Shown here: positions 1-9,692 of the stretch, piece by piece | Position numbering within the stretch: position 1 is the stretch's first letter | Layout: each line of letters starts with the position of its first letter | Made by a program: the position numbers and the translations under genes | Source of the DNA: an uncultured Bacteroidales bacterium | GTDB taxonomy: Bacteria; Bacteroidota; Bacteroidia; Bacteroidales; Paludibacteraceae | Reading direction: 5' to 3' | Assembly (NCBI GenBank): GCA_946544705.1 | Contig: CAMNMN010000011.1 | Span: 2,408-66,407 of the forward strand | DNA: 64,000 bases | The notes under the pieces: model-generated | The model's database searches: none | Seen by the model: the letters and a program-made list of their open reading frames with translations, nothing else | What the model was told of the DNA's origin: nothing

Positions 1-1
1 A

Positions 2-3000
2 TTGGCACAGGCTCAGGCAGCATCTCAAGTAGCCTTGACGCTTGAGACACCGCTTGCACTCGCTGAATATGGCAATGCATTTGTGCTTGCCGCCGATATC
101 AAAGCCGGTGCCCTGGTAGAGACCGATGTCGATGCCGCTCTGAAAAGCGTCACCCTGAGCGGCGAGACGCAGACTATCACAGCCGGTGACCCAGAAGGTG
201 CTCGCACCGTGAAGAACGTGCGTTACCTCCAAGCCGGCGATAACGGCACCGTTACCATCGGAGAGAACAGTCTGATGTTCTATGACGATGGGGGTGCAGA
301 CGAGAACTACAGTTCTAATTTCGAGGGCTATATCACCTTCGTGCCGGCTACCGAAGGCTATGCCGTAGAGTTGGTATTCAAGGACTTCGATATCGCTTAT
401 CTCTCCGGCGATCCGTTCCATATCTACTATGCCAACGCCTACGACGCTGAGGCTGCCTCGGATAAGAAATATGGTATGTACTCCAAACCGGCAGCGGACG
501 AGAGTGTCATCTCCCGTGCCGCAGACGGTTCGCTGACTGTGTATGTCAAGATGCCGTCCAGCCGGATGAGAGGCTTTGAGGTAGAGGTGCGCCAGCATCT
601 GTTGACCAATCTTGAGGTGGACTCGGTACTCGTTACCCCGATGGCGCCGGCTGAGGCTACCAAAGGAACGGGTGACCTCCGCCTGATGCAAGCGGCTGTA
701 TATGTCTCCGGTGACCGCACTCCGCTTACCATCACCGCCTTTGAACAGACCGCTTCGGACCTGCTCATCGACCGCCATATATACGCTACCGGTCATTCAA
801 CCACGTTCTCTACCGCAAATGAGTTTACCGGCTCTTATGTCATGGACGAGAAAGGCGTTTATTACTTCTGGTTCGTAGGCTCTGTGGATGCCGCTGCAGA
901 GGTAGGTAATGTAGTGTCCCTTTCGCTGGATAACGTGGCGCTGGGTGAGCAGAAGATTGCTCCGCAAAGTGCTGCCGCTGTCTCTATCAACGTGGTCAGC
1001 GGTGCGCACGGCTTCTACCGTGTCGGCGCAAGTGCTCTGGCGGATTACGCAACGCTTACCGCAGCGCTCCAAGCCATCAGTACGATTGGCATGGACGGCG
1101 CGGTGGAGATAGCCGTCGAACCGGGTACGTACACCGAGCAAGTCACATTGCCTGAAATTAGCGGAGCCGGCGCAGCGAACACCATTACGATTCGTTCGCT
1201 TTCCGGCAACTACAACGATGTGACCTACCAATACAACAACACCCTCACGGCCGAGAAGGGCGTCTTCACCATTGACGGTGCGGACTATGTGACCCTCAAA
1301 GGGCTCTCTTTCACCTCTACCTATACCTCCAACCAGAACCCGGCGGTGGTCATCGTCCGCAACGCCGCTACGCATGTCACCATCGACAGCTGCCGCATCT
1401 ACGCCGAGCGGATGACGGAATATACGGTGCGTCTGGACCTGCTTTTCGTGGACGCAGGCGAGAACTATTATAACAATGATTTTGCGCTCACCAACAGCGT
1501 GCTCGAGGGTGGGTACATGGGGCTCCGCGTAACCGGACACAAAGCGGCTGCGGATCCTTTGCAGCAGAACATGCTCATCAGCCGCAACACCTTCCGCAAC
1601 CAGGGTAACCAGATGCTCTATGGCGATGCGGTCAGCAGACTGCAGGTGCTCAACAACACTTTCCGTGCGGAGGTGAAAAAGAGCAACTGCGCAGCGATTG
1701 ACTGGCTCCTGATTGGCGACACGGCTGTCATTGCCGGCAATGATATTTACATGACTGCCGAGGCTTCGGACAACCTGAACTACCAGGCGCTCTATTTCCG
1801 TCCAAACAGCTATCAGGACAAGGAGAACGCTGTGCTGTATATCGTTAACAATGCAATCTATGCCGCCAACGGTTCTACCTACGCGTCATACGCCGTCAAT
1901 CTCAATTCCAACCTGCCAAAACTGCTGGTTGCGCACAACACGATTGTGCTCAATGCGGAAGGTACAGCCGCTTCGCCGGTCTATATCCAGTCGGCGCCGG
2001 TTGCAGGTTCGCTCTTTGTGAACAACATTATTCAAGCCTCAGGCAAGGGGTACGCAATCCGCTATAAGAACGTCGGCTCGATTGCCAATACCGCCTTCCG
2101 CCATAATATCCTCTATACGCCGGAAGCAACCTTCGGTATGCCGACTGCGAATGTCAGTACGTTTGCGGATTGGAAAACCGCAGTGGGAGCTACGGACGAA
2201 GATGGTAACCTCAACGAAGCCGTTACGTTCGCTTCCTCAACGCTGCTTATCCCGCGTGAGACCAACGACGGACATCTGCTCACCGCCGAAGTGATGGCAT
2301 CTGTTCCAGCTGATATCACCGGCAAGACGCGTGCAGCTACACCGTCCATCGGTGCGTATGAGTATGATGCCGACCTCTTCCGTGTGCCGGTAATAGCTGA
2401 AGGCTATCCGACCGCCAATACGCAGGACACCAAAGCCGATATCGTCATTAAAGCGGATAATTACGGAACCGCCAAAGTGATTGTGCTACCGGCAGAGAGT
2501 GATGCTCCTGCTATCGAGGCGCTGGCAGCTGCTACGACGGAGATTTCGCTTGTCAAGGACGGCGAAGTGACCTTTACTGCTACCGGTCTGAGTGAAGAAA
2601 CCGGCTACAAGGCATATGTCCTCTTGTTCTCGCCGCTGGGAGAAGCCGCTGCTGCTTATCATGAACTGGCCTTCACAACCGCCTGGACGCTTCGTCCGGT
2701 AGTGCTGAACCCGATTGCCAAACAGACTGTGGCAGCCGGGGCGGCAGTCACGCTCACCGCTGTTCTTGCTACCGAATACGAGCAAGCCAAACCCTACACT
2801 TACGCTTGGCGTACCGCTTTCAGCGATGCAGTCATCGGCACCGAAGCCTTTCTCGCACTCACGGCGGACAAGGCAACCGAGTATGTCTGCACCGTCACCG
2901 ACCGCTTTGGTCAGCAAGCCGTCGTTTCTGCCCACGTCTGGGTGGAGAAAGCAGCCGCTGCGGCTACCTTCGAGGAATACACCCTCGCCGCCAACGGTCA

Positions 3001-3763
3001 CAAGGAGGTGGACGAGGCTTGGGTAGATAACACCGAGACGCATCTCTATAGCGGCACCTATGCCTTCGGCAACACGCCGAACAAGGCATACAAGGCTTAT
3101 ACGGGTTATGCCATCTGCTCCGACCAATCGACAGAGGCTACCGGCAATTATAACATTGACCAGTTCCGCTCGGCTGCGGGAGGCGCGTACGAAGGCAATA
3201 ACTACGCCGTAGCGTATTATTCCGCCCCGTCCGTTTGGTTCGCCGGTTATATGGATCCGATTCTGCTCACCAATAGTGCAGAGCCGCAAACGATCACCGG
3301 ATTCTATATCACCAACACCGTCTATACCCTTGACGCTATTCTCAACGGCGACTATGCCAGCGACGCTTTTGCGCAAGGCGACTATATGTCTGTTACCGCG
3401 AAGGGATACAACGGATCGGAGAAAACAGGTGAGGTGGTCTTCTATCTCGCGGACTACCGCTCCGAGAATGCCGACGAGCATTTCGCTCTCAATACCTGGA
3501 GATGGTTCGACCTCTCTTCGCTGGGCGCTATCACGCGGCTGGAGTTTGAACTCTTTACTACCAAGTCGGACGCTTATGGATTTACTACGCCGACCTATTT
3601 CTGTCTCGATAACTTCGGTGGTACCAGACCGTCCCCTGCGACGGACTTGGAGCAAGTCGCCAATGACCATTCACCAATCACCACTAAACTCCTCCTTGAC
3701 GGACAGATCTTCATCCTCCGTGGAGAACGGATGTTTGACCTCAACGGCCGCGTAATACGATAA
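2..3763 (+). CDS. Giant secreted surface protein (5' end outside window): parallel beta-helix repeat region, then a DUF4465-like module, then a short conserved C-terminal tail
   Basis: Open from the window edge. Repeated beta-helix rung motifs (VLNNTFRAE, IVNNAIYAANG, VAHNTIVLNAEG, FVNNIIQASGKG, FRHNILY). The C-terminal FEEYTL..YAVAYY..ITGFYITNTVYT..VVFYLADYR..WRWFDLSSLG..PTYFCLDNFGG resembles DUF4465 from memory. Ends KLLLDGQIFILRGERMFDLNGRVIR. Confidence 0.7.
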   Translation: MAQAQAASQVALTLETPLALAEYGNAFVLAADIKAGALVETDVDAALKSVTLSGETQTITAGDPEGARTVKNVRYLQAGDNGTVTIGENSLMFYDDGGADENYSSNFEGYITFVPATEGYAVELVFKDFDIAYLSGDPFHIYYANAYDAEAASDKKYGMYSKPAADESVISRAADGSLTVYVKMPSSRMRGFEVEVRQHLLTNLEVDSVLVTPMAPAEATKGTGDLRLMQAAVYVSGDRTPLTITAFEQTASDLLIDRHIYATGHSTTFSTANEFTGSYVMDEKGVYYFWFVGSVDAAAEVGNVVSLSLDNVALGEQKIAPQSAAAVSINVVSGAHGFYRVGASALADYATLTAALQAISTIGMDGAVEIAVEPGTYTEQVTLPEISGAGAANTITIRSLSGNYNDVTYQYNNTLTAEKGVFTIDGADYVTLKGLSFTSTYTSNQNPAVVIVRNAATHVTIDSCRIYAERMTEYTVRLDLLFVDAGENYYNNDFALTNSVLEGGYMGLRVTGHKAAADPLQQNMLISRNTFRNQGNQMLYGDAVSRLQVLNNTFRAEVKKSNCAAIDWLLIGDTAVIAGNDIYMTAEASDNLNYQALYFRPNSYQDKENAVLYIVNNAIYAANGSTYASYAVNLNSNLPKLLVAHNTIVLNAEGTAASPVYIQSAPVAGSLFVNNIIQASGKGYAIRYKNVGSIANTAFRHNILYTPEATFGMPTANVSTFADWKTAVGATDEDGNLNEAVTFASSTLLIPRETNDGHLLTAEVMASVPADITGKTRAATPSIGAYEYDADLFRVPVIAEGYPTANTQDTKADIVIKADNYGTAKVIVLPAESDAPAIEALAAATTEISLVKDGEVTFTATGLSEETGYKAYVLLFSPLGEAAAAYHELAFTTAWTLRPVVLNPIAKQTVAAGAAVTLTAVLATEYEQAKPYTYAWRTAFSDAVIGTEAFLALTADKATEYVCTVTDRFGQQAVVSAHVWVEKAAAAATFEEYTLAANGHKEVDEAWVDNTETHLYSGTYAFGNTPNKAYKAYTGYAICSDQSTEATGNYNIDQFRSAAGGAYEGNNYAVAYYSAPSVWFAGYMDPILLTNSAEPQTITGFYITNTVYTLDAILNGDYASDAFAQGDYMSVTAKGYNGSEKTGEVVFYLADYRSENADEHFALNTWRWFDLSSLGAITRLEFELFTTKSDAYGFTTPTYFCLDNFGGTRPSPATDLEQVANDHSPITTKLLLDGQIFILRGERMFDLNGRVIR

Positions 3764-3766
3764 GCC

Positions 3767-4750
3767 ATGCATGTGTTACTAACTATCTTATTGGCCGTTT
3801 CGCCCTATTTGGCGCGGGTGTATGAATATATGCCCGCGCCTGGGCAGTTCACCAACGCGATGCCGGCTGCTACAACGGACGATACGCCCGAGACGATGGC
3901 TGCTAAAGCCGAAGCCGCTATCGCTGACAACGCCGGAAAAACGGTCTGCCTTGGCGCGTGGGGCGGATATATTGTCTTCGGCTTTGACCATCCCGTTATC
4001 AATAGCGGTTCCGGATATGATTTCCGTATCACCGGCAATGCCTCTTATGCCTCCTATGCCAAAGATACTTCCCGCAAAGGAGGATCCGCCGAACCGGGCA
4101 TCGTCATGGTCAGCTATGATACCAACGGTAACGGCCTGCCGGACGACCCGTGGTACGAACTGGCTGGAAGCGAATATAACTCGCCTTCTACCGTCCGCCG
4201 GTATGCCGTCACTTATACCCGCCCTGACGGACTTGCAGATATACCTTGGACCGACAATCGGGGCGGCTCCGGGGTAGTACCGCGCAATAGTTTTCACCAA
4301 CAGGACTATTTCCCCCTTTGGGCACCCGACCAACTGACTTTCACCGGCTCGCTCTTGGCACCAAATGCCGTGGACGAGGGTGAGAACGGACAACACTCCT
4401 TCATTCTCTATTCCTACGACTACGGCTATGCCGACAACCATCCCAACAAAACCGACGGATGCAAGTTCTGCATCCGATGGGCGGTGGATAACAACGGCAA
4501 TCCCGTGAACCTGCCGGCTATCCATTTTGTCAAGGTCTATACGGCGCTCCAGCAGGTCTGCGGATGGATAGGCGAGACCAGTACGGAGATCACCGGAGCG
4601 GAGGACCTGCATCCCGACATGCTGCCTACGGGCCTGGACCCGTCACCCATGCCGACCCCAACGCATGCCAAGATCCTCCGGGACGGACAACTCTATTTGA
4701 AGTACGAAGGAAAGATGTATGATGTACGAGGTACCCGCATAAACCCGTAA
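3767..4750 (+). CDS. Secreted protein of unknown function, tightly coupled to the upstream DUF4465-like gene; carries the shared C-terminal tail
   Basis: ATG lies 4 nt after the upstream stop. Hydrophobic N-terminus MHVLLTILLAVSPYLA. Ends KILRDGQLYLKYEGKMYDVRGTRINP. Followed by a terminator hairpin. Confidence 0.65.
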   Translation: MHVLLTILLAVSPYLARVYEYMPAPGQFTNAMPAATTDDTPETMAAKAEAAIADNAGKTVCLGAWGGYIVFGFDHPVINSGSGYDFRITGNASYASYAKDTSRKGGSAEPGIVMVSYDTNGNGLPDDPWYELAGSEYNSPSTVRRYAVTYTRPDGLADIPWTDNRGGSGVVPRNSFHQQDYFPLWAPDQLTFTGSLLAPNAVDEGENGQHSFILYSYDYGYADNHPNKTDGCKFCIRWAVDNNGNPVNLPAIHFVKVYTALQQVCGWIGETSTEITGAEDLHPDMLPTGLDPSPMPTPTHAKILRDGQLYLKYEGKMYDVRGTRINP

Positions 4751-4760
4751 AGAATAAAAG

Positions 4761-4787
4761 AAAAAACGTCCCTCGGGGCGTTTTTTT
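4761..4787. terminator. Rho-independent-type hairpin flanked by an A-run and a T-run (bidirectional)
   Basis: aaaaaACGTCC-ctcg-GGGCGTttttttt, immediately after the stop at 4750. Confidence 0.7.
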
Positions 4788-4871
4788 ATCCTTTTGGGCT
4801 TATTTTGAAATAATCGTTCCCTTGGGATAAGAATTTTGAATTTTTTGTTTGCATGTATGCAAAAAAAGTTG

Positions 4872-4879
4872 TACCTTTG
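4872..4879 (+). promoter_or_regulatory. Bacteroides-type -7 promoter box TAnnTTTG
   Basis: TACCTTTG, 24 nt upstream of the ATG at 4903. Confidence 0.6.
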
Positions 4880-4902
4880 CACGCAATTTTATATTTTGAG
4901 AT

Positions 4903-6909
4903 ATGAAAAAAATATTAATTAATCATTATTCATTATTCATTCTGCTGGCTGTAGCGCTTTGCGCATGCCAAAAGAAAGAAACAACCTCCTTCCAATACAA
5001 CGTGGATAAGTTTTATGACCTTGAGATACTCCGCTACGACGTGCCGGAGTTCGATTCGCTGAGCCTGCAGCAGAAGCAGCTCGTCTATTGTCTGAGTGAG
5101 GCGGCTCTCTGGGGACGCGACATTCTCTACGACCAGAACGGCCGTTACAACCTGCGTATCCGCCGCACGCTGGAGGACCTCTATAACAACTACCCTTACG
5201 ACAAGAAGGGAGAGGAGTTCGCCGCTTTCGAGCGGTACCTCAAGCGCGTGTGGTTCTCCAACGGTATTCACCATCATTATTCCGAGGATAAGTTCCTGCC
5301 GGAGTTCAGCCGGGAGTGGTTCGTTAACGCTTGCGAGAAAGCGGGTGTGACGTACGACGAAGCGATCCTGCCTGTCATGTTCGATCCGGCGGTCATGCCC
5401 AAACGTACGACCGCACAGGACGGCGTGGATTTAGTGGCTTGCTCTGCCGGCAACTACTACGGCGAGGGGGTGACGCAAGCGGAGGCGGAGGCATGGTACG
5501 CCGCCCACAAGGACAACAGCCCCGAACCGATGTGGATCGGTCTGAACAGCCAGCTGGTGAAGAACGAGAAGGGGGAGATAGAGGAGCGCGTCTATAAGGT
5601 AGGCGGGCTCTACGGCGAAGCGCTGGAGCATGTCGTTTACTGGCTCAAAGAGGCACTCAAATACGCCGAGAACGACGCACAGAAGTTAGCTATCGAGAAG
5701 ATGATCGAGTTCAACGAGACAGGTGACCTGAAGACCTTCAATGAATACTGTATCGCGTGGGTGCGCGACCTCGACAGCCGCGTGGACTACGTCAACGGTT
5801 TTACGGAGACGTACACCGACCCGCTCGGAATCACCGGGACCTGGGAGAGTATGGTGAACTTCAAAGACCTGGCTGCTACCAAACGTACGCAGTTGATCTC
5901 GGAGAATGCGCAGTGGTTTGAGGACCACTCGACGACCGATCCCAAATACAAGAAAGAGGAAGTGAAGGGAGTGACGGCGAAGGTGATCACGGCGGCTATT
6001 CTGGCGGGCGACTGCTATCCCGCTACGCCGATCGGTATCAACCTGCCGAACGCTAACTGGATTCGCAAAGAGTACGGTTCCAAGTCTGTGACGATCGACA
6101 ACCTGATGCATGCGTATAACGAGGCAGCGAAGGGAAACGGATTCAACGAGGAGTTCATGATCGACGACGAGATCCGCGCTATCTACGAGCAATACGGCGC
6201 TATGTGCGGCGACCTGCATACCGACCTGCACGAGTGCGTCGGTCACGGTAGCGGTAAGTTAATGCCGGGTGTGAGCAAAGATGCGCTGAAGGAGCACGCT
6301 TCGACGATCGAGGAAGCGCGTGCCGACCTGTTCGGACTCTATTATCTGGCGGACCCGAAACTGGTGGAGTTAGGCTTGCTGCCGAACGAGGAAGCATTCA
6401 AGGCGGGTTACTACCAGCAGATGATGAACGGCGCAATGACGCAGTTGGTTCGTATCGAGCCGGGTAAGGACATCGAGGAAGCGCATATGCGCAACCGCCA
6501 GCTGATTGCCAATTGGGTCTATGAGCACGCCGCCAACAAAGAGGTGGAGATTGTGGAGCGCGACGGCAAACACTACCTGAGGATCAATGATTACCAGGGT
6601 CTGCGTCGTCTGTATGGCGAGCTGCTGGCAGAGATCCAGCGCATCACTTCCGAAGGCGACTACGCTGCCGCGAAAGAGATAGTGGAGCAATATGCGGTGA
6701 AGGTGAATCCGGAACTGCATCAAGAGATTCTGGAGCGCTACAAGAAACTCAACCTGGCGCCGTACAAAGGTTTTGTCAACCCGGTTTATACCGCGGTGCG
6801 CGATGAGGCAGGTGAGATCACGGATGTGAAGATTGACTTCACCGAAGGTTACATCGAGCAGCACCTGCGTTACAGCCGCGACTACAGTCCGCTGCCGGAC
6901 ATCAATTAA
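4903..6909 (+). CDS. Dipeptidyl-peptidase III-like zinc metallopeptidase (M49 family), lipoprotein
   Basis: HECVGHGSGK (HExxGH) and EEARADL zinc-binding motifs typical of M49. Lipoprotein signal LLAVALCAC. Confidence 0.85.
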   Translation: MKKILINHYSLFILLAVALCACQKKETTSFQYNVDKFYDLEILRYDVPEFDSLSLQQKQLVYCLSEAALWGRDILYDQNGRYNLRIRRTLEDLYNNYPYDKKGEEFAAFERYLKRVWFSNGIHHHYSEDKFLPEFSREWFVNACEKAGVTYDEAILPVMFDPAVMPKRTTAQDGVDLVACSAGNYYGEGVTQAEAEAWYAAHKDNSPEPMWIGLNSQLVKNEKGEIEERVYKVGGLYGEALEHVVYWLKEALKYAENDAQKLAIEKMIEFNETGDLKTFNEYCIAWVRDLDSRVDYVNGFTETYTDPLGITGTWESMVNFKDLAATKRTQLISENAQWFEDHSTTDPKYKKEEVKGVTAKVITAAILAGDCYPATPIGINLPNANWIRKEYGSKSVTIDNLMHAYNEAAKGNGFNEEFMIDDEIRAIYEQYGAMCGDLHTDLHECVGHGSGKLMPGVSKDALKEHASTIEEARADLFGLYYLADPKLVELGLLPNEEAFKAGYYQQMMNGAMTQLVRIEPGKDIEEAHMRNRQLIANWVYEHAANKEVEIVERDGKHYLRINDYQGLRRLYGELLAEIQRITSEGDYAAAKEIVEQYAVKVNPELHQEILERYKKLNLAPYKGFVNPVYTAVRDEAGEITDVKIDFTEGYIEQHLRYSRDYSPLPDIN

Positions 6910-6929
6910 TGAATAATGATTAATGAATA
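6904..6929. repeat. AT-rich word array at a gene boundary
   Basis: attaatgaataatgattaatgaatat (units ATTAATGA/ATAATG), overlapping the stop of the M49 gene. Confidence 0.6.
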
Positions 6930-8786
6930 TTGCAACGCATAACCCTTCCGATATCGAAGAGTATAGCGAATAGAATCCTTCTATTACAGGCTATCCATGG
7001 AGATCCGCTGATGCGGGTCTCTTCGAATATGCCCGATGATGTGATTGTCCTACATGATGCATTGGAGAAGCTTCGAGAGGTTTATGGCGTTCCGGGCTCC
7101 CCTTCTTGCAGGAAGGGGTCGGGGGTAGGTCTCTCCCTATACCTCAAGAACTGTGGTACGGCATTGCGGTTCTTGCAGGTGCATATAGCGAAGTGTTATC
7201 CGGGCGAACCGATTACGTTGACGGGTGATGCGCGGCTGATGGAGCGGGACGGCAAACCGACCTCGCAGACTGTTTCCGCCCGCATCCTGCACGGTGAGGA
7301 TATCCCGGTAGAGGAGAACGAGAGTCCCTATATCACCATGAGCCGCCGAATCAAAGAAAGGTACGAAGGAACGATGTACGATGTACGAAGGATTTACGAA
7401 GGGGGAGAGGTGCAAGGAGTTGAAGCCTGCTGGTCTTCCGCTGCTTTCTGGTACGAGTATGTGGCGATCCACGGGGGAGAGTTGCTGTTGGAGGGACTGA
7501 AAGAGGAGAGTCTGCAGGGCGACAGCATCGTTGCCGACATCTATGCTGGATATTTTGGCGTAAAGACGGAGTTTGAAGAAGAAGGCGCGGTGATAAGTAC
7601 AAGGGACCAAGTGACAAAGTACCAAGTGACAAGGGACAAGGGACGAGCGGTCTCTATTGACTTCACCGGATGTCCGGATCTCTATCCGGCGATAGCGCTG
7701 ACGTGCGAGCGGTTAGGGATCGTATTGGAAGCCACAGGCACCGAGCGTCTGCGGTACAAGGAGTCCGACCGGATAGAGGCGGTTCGGGAGCATGAGGTGC
7801 GGGGTGACCACCGCATGGCGATGGCGCTGATGGCGGCGGACGCCTACCCTCTGCCTGAAGGGGAGGACGAGGAGTTGCAGCGAATCATTGCCAAGAGTTA
7901 TCCTACATTTTTGGAGCAATGGAGGAGGGTACATTGTACTTTGTCCCTTTGTACTTGCTCTCATATCACCCCCCGAAAGGGCATCAACGACGATAACAGG
8001 GGTAAGAAACATGCGTTGAGCAAACTCATCCATGCGGCTACAAGCGAATATGTATGGCTCCATGACGATGACGTTGTGCTGCCAAAGGCAGCAGTTAGGG
8101 GACAAAGTGACCAAGTACAAGGTACAAAGGACGAGGGACAAGGTACAAAGGAGTTGTTCGGCGAAGCCGGTCTTGTAATTTTGCCTCTCAGAATGGAAAG
8201 CGGCAACGCCACGCCTTCATTGTTAGAGAAATTGCAGATAGCGGAGTACGCGGCGATACAGGAGTTGACGATGCGTACGGCGAAGCGGGGTAGAGCCGTG
8301 ATGTGTTCGGGCGCGAATCTGATTGTTCGCAGGGAAGTATGGCTGGCGTGCGAGAGCGAATTACATCCGGAGATACCGAGCGGCGACGACATGTTTCTGT
8401 TGGAGGCGGTGAAGCGCAAAGGCTATCAGATCGCCGTCATTGACGAACCGGAGTACACGGCGGTAGTGCGTCCTGCGCCGACCTGGCGGGCATTCTTCCG
8501 TCAGCGGATGCGATGGGCAGGCAAGGCACCCAAATACACAGACAAAGATATTATCCGTTGCGGTGCGGCAGTAGCGGTAGCGAATATATTGCAGTTGCTC
8601 TGTCCGTTGGTCATCTTAATCAAGTTCCCGATTGAATATAGTTTGATAAAGAAACGCATCTCCCCTTCCTTTAGGAAGGGGTCGGGGGTAGGTCTTTTCT
8701 TTATAGCTCTCCTCTTGGAGATACTCTATCCGTTCTACTTGTTGATTTGTCTTGTTGGCGGTCTATTCCGCAGCAAAGAGTGGTAA
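6930..8786 (+). CDS. Composite ORF: a shortened EPSP-synthase (AroA)-like N-terminal part fused in frame to a GT2-like glycosyltransferase with C-terminal TM helices; contains five in-frame repeat insertions
   Basis: AroA-like motifs SKSIANRILLL, LKNCGTALRFL, GDARLMER, LRYKESDR, GDHRMAMA. These are followed by GT2-like GKKHAL, LHDDDVV, CSGANL, GDDMFL, QRMRWAGK. Only a TTG start is available at 6930. The junction at 7928-7958 is a repeat array. Confidence 0.5.
   Translation: MQRITLPISKSIANRILLLQAIHGDPLMRVSSNMPDDVIVLHDALEKLREVYGVPGSPSCRKGSGVGLSLYLKNCGTALRFLQVHIAKCYPGEPITLTGDARLMERDGKPTSQTVSARILHGEDIPVEENESPYITMSRRIKERYEGTMYDVRRIYEGGEVQGVEACWSSAAFWYEYVAIHGGELLLEGLKEESLQGDSIVADIYAGYFGVKTEFEEEGAVISTRDQVTKYQVTRDKGRAVSIDFTGCPDLYPAIALTCERLGIVLEATGTERLRYKESDRIEAVREHEVRGDHRMAMALMAADAYPLPEGEDEELQRIIAKSYPTFLEQWRRVHCTLSLCTCSHITPRKGINDDNRGKKHALSKLIHAATSEYVWLHDDDVVLPKAAVRGQSDQVQGTKDEGQGTKELFGEAGLVILPLRMESGNATPSLLEKLQIAEYAAIQELTMRTAKRGRAVMCSGANLIVRREVWLACESELHPEIPSGDDMFLLEAVKRKGYQIAVIDEPEYTAVVRPAPTWRAFFRQRMRWAGKAPKYTDKDIIRCGAAVAVANILQLLCPLVILIKFPIEYSLIKKRISPSFRKGSGVGLFFIALLLEILYPFYLLICLVGGLFRSKEW
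7097..7132 (+). repeat. G-rich hairpin element, copy 1 (in frame, encodes SPSCRKGSGVGL)
   Basis: ctCCCCTTCttgcagGAAGGGGtcgggggtaggtct. The 23-nt core aggaaggggtcgggggtaggtct is identical to the copy at 8661-8695. Confidence 0.8.
7595..7647 (+). repeat. GTAC-word array (imperfect tandem 7-8-mers AAGTAC/AAGGGAC/AAGTGAC), in frame
   Basis: aagtacaagggaccaagtgacaaagtaccaagtgacaagggacaagggacgag, encoding QVTKYQVTRDKGR. Confidence 0.8.
7928..7958 (-). repeat. GTAC-word array in inverted orientation at the AroA-like/GT2 junction
   Basis: ggtacattgtactttgtccctttgtacttgc is the reverse complement of gcaagtacaaagggacaaagtacaatgtacc. Encodes CTLSLCTCS. Confidence 0.8.
8098..8153 (+). repeat. GTAC-word array, in frame inside the GT2-like part
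   Basis: ggggacaaagtgaccaagtacaaggtacaaaggacgagggacaaggtacaaaggag, encoding GQSDQVQGTKDEGQGTKE. Confidence 0.8.
8661..8695 (+). repeat. G-rich hairpin element, copy 2 (in frame, encodes SPSFRKGSGVGL)
   Basis: tCCCCTTCCtttaGGAAGGGGtcgggggtaggtct: 8-bp perfect stem with a 4-nt loop. Confidence 0.85.
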
Positions 8787-9692
8787 TTAATCTCTCAGAT
8801 ACTTTGGCAGAACGGGCATAGCACCGTTTTGCGTGCAGACGAAAGCAGATACTTGTACTGCTTTCTGATGCGCTTCGCGAATAGACTTGCCGAGCAGCAG
8901 TTGCGCTACAAAGGTAGCGGTGAAACTATCCCCTGCGCCAACGGTGTCAGCTACTTGTACTTTAGGTGTAGCGACATACGACTCCTGGCTCTCCGTGAAG
9001 ACGTACGATCCAATGGCTCCACAGGTAAGGATGAGCATATCAAGGTTGTAGCGTACAATGAGTTCACGGCATACTCGTCGTGTGCGTTCGGCATCTTCTG
9101 CGATCAGCTTGTCCGGTAAGGTCGGTTCGCCCAGCAACATCGTAGCTACCACGTCCAGTTCTTCATCATTAATCTTCAGAATATTGGCTCTGGAGAGCGA
9201 CTCGGCAATCACTTCGGCGGTGTACCATGACTGACGGAGATTGATATCAAATACCCGGAGCGCATCAGCGGGCATAGCATCGAGGAAAGCCTGGATGGTC
9301 TCGCGGCTACGCTCGGAGCGTTGCGCCAAAGAACCGAAGCATGCTGCTTGAGCCTGATGTGCAATCTCTAACATCTCGTTGGTCAGAGGTATATTATCCC
9401 ATGCTACGCCGAGACAGATCTCATATTGCGGTACCCCTTTGTTGTCCAGGGTCACCTTGACGGTGCCGGTAGGTTGTTCTACTACGGGTAAAATATGTTT
9501 GAGCTGTACCGCGTTGAATTTGTCTATTATCTCTCGTCCGAGTTCGTCATCTCCGATAGCTGAGACAGCACATCCGTTGAGTCCAAACTGGGAGACATGA
9601 TAAGCGAAGTTCGCGGGCGCGCCACCGAGTTTGCGTCCTTCCGGGAGGCAGTCAAAGAGCGCCTCACCGATACCAATAACGTATTTTTTCAT
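8787..9692 (-). CDS. PfkB-family sugar kinase, probable fructokinase of the fructan locus
   Basis: N-terminal IGIGEALFDCLPEGRKLGGAPANFA and C-terminal DTVGAGDSFTA motifs of ribokinase/PfkB kinases. Last gene of the GH32-MFS-kinase unit. Confidence 0.85.
   Translation of the reverse strand: MKKYVIGIGEALFDCLPEGRKLGGAPANFAYHVSQFGLNGCAVSAIGDDELGREIIDKFNAVQLKHILPVVEQPTGTVKVTLDNKGVPQYEICLGVAWDNIPLTNEMLEIAHQAQAACFGSLAQRSERSRETIQAFLDAMPADALRVFDINLRQSWYTAEVIAESLSRANILKINDEELDVVATMLLGEPTLPDKLIAEDAERTRRVCRELIVRYNLDMLILTCGAIGSYVFTESQESYVATPKVQVADTVGAGDSFTATFVAQLLLGKSIREAHQKAVQVSAFVCTQNGAMPVLPKYLRD

Noticed and set aside
2486-3670. 394-aa minus-strand ORF inside the beta-helix/DUF4465 gene, with similar long antisense ORFs at 13960-14994, 30127-30999, 49210-50454, 50736-51473, 51549-52601 and 26346-27389
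   Set aside because: Each lies opposite a gene with strong family motifs (GH32, FtsK, GH13, RnfC). The translations are Arg/His/Val-rich with no motifs, promoter boxes or signal sequences.
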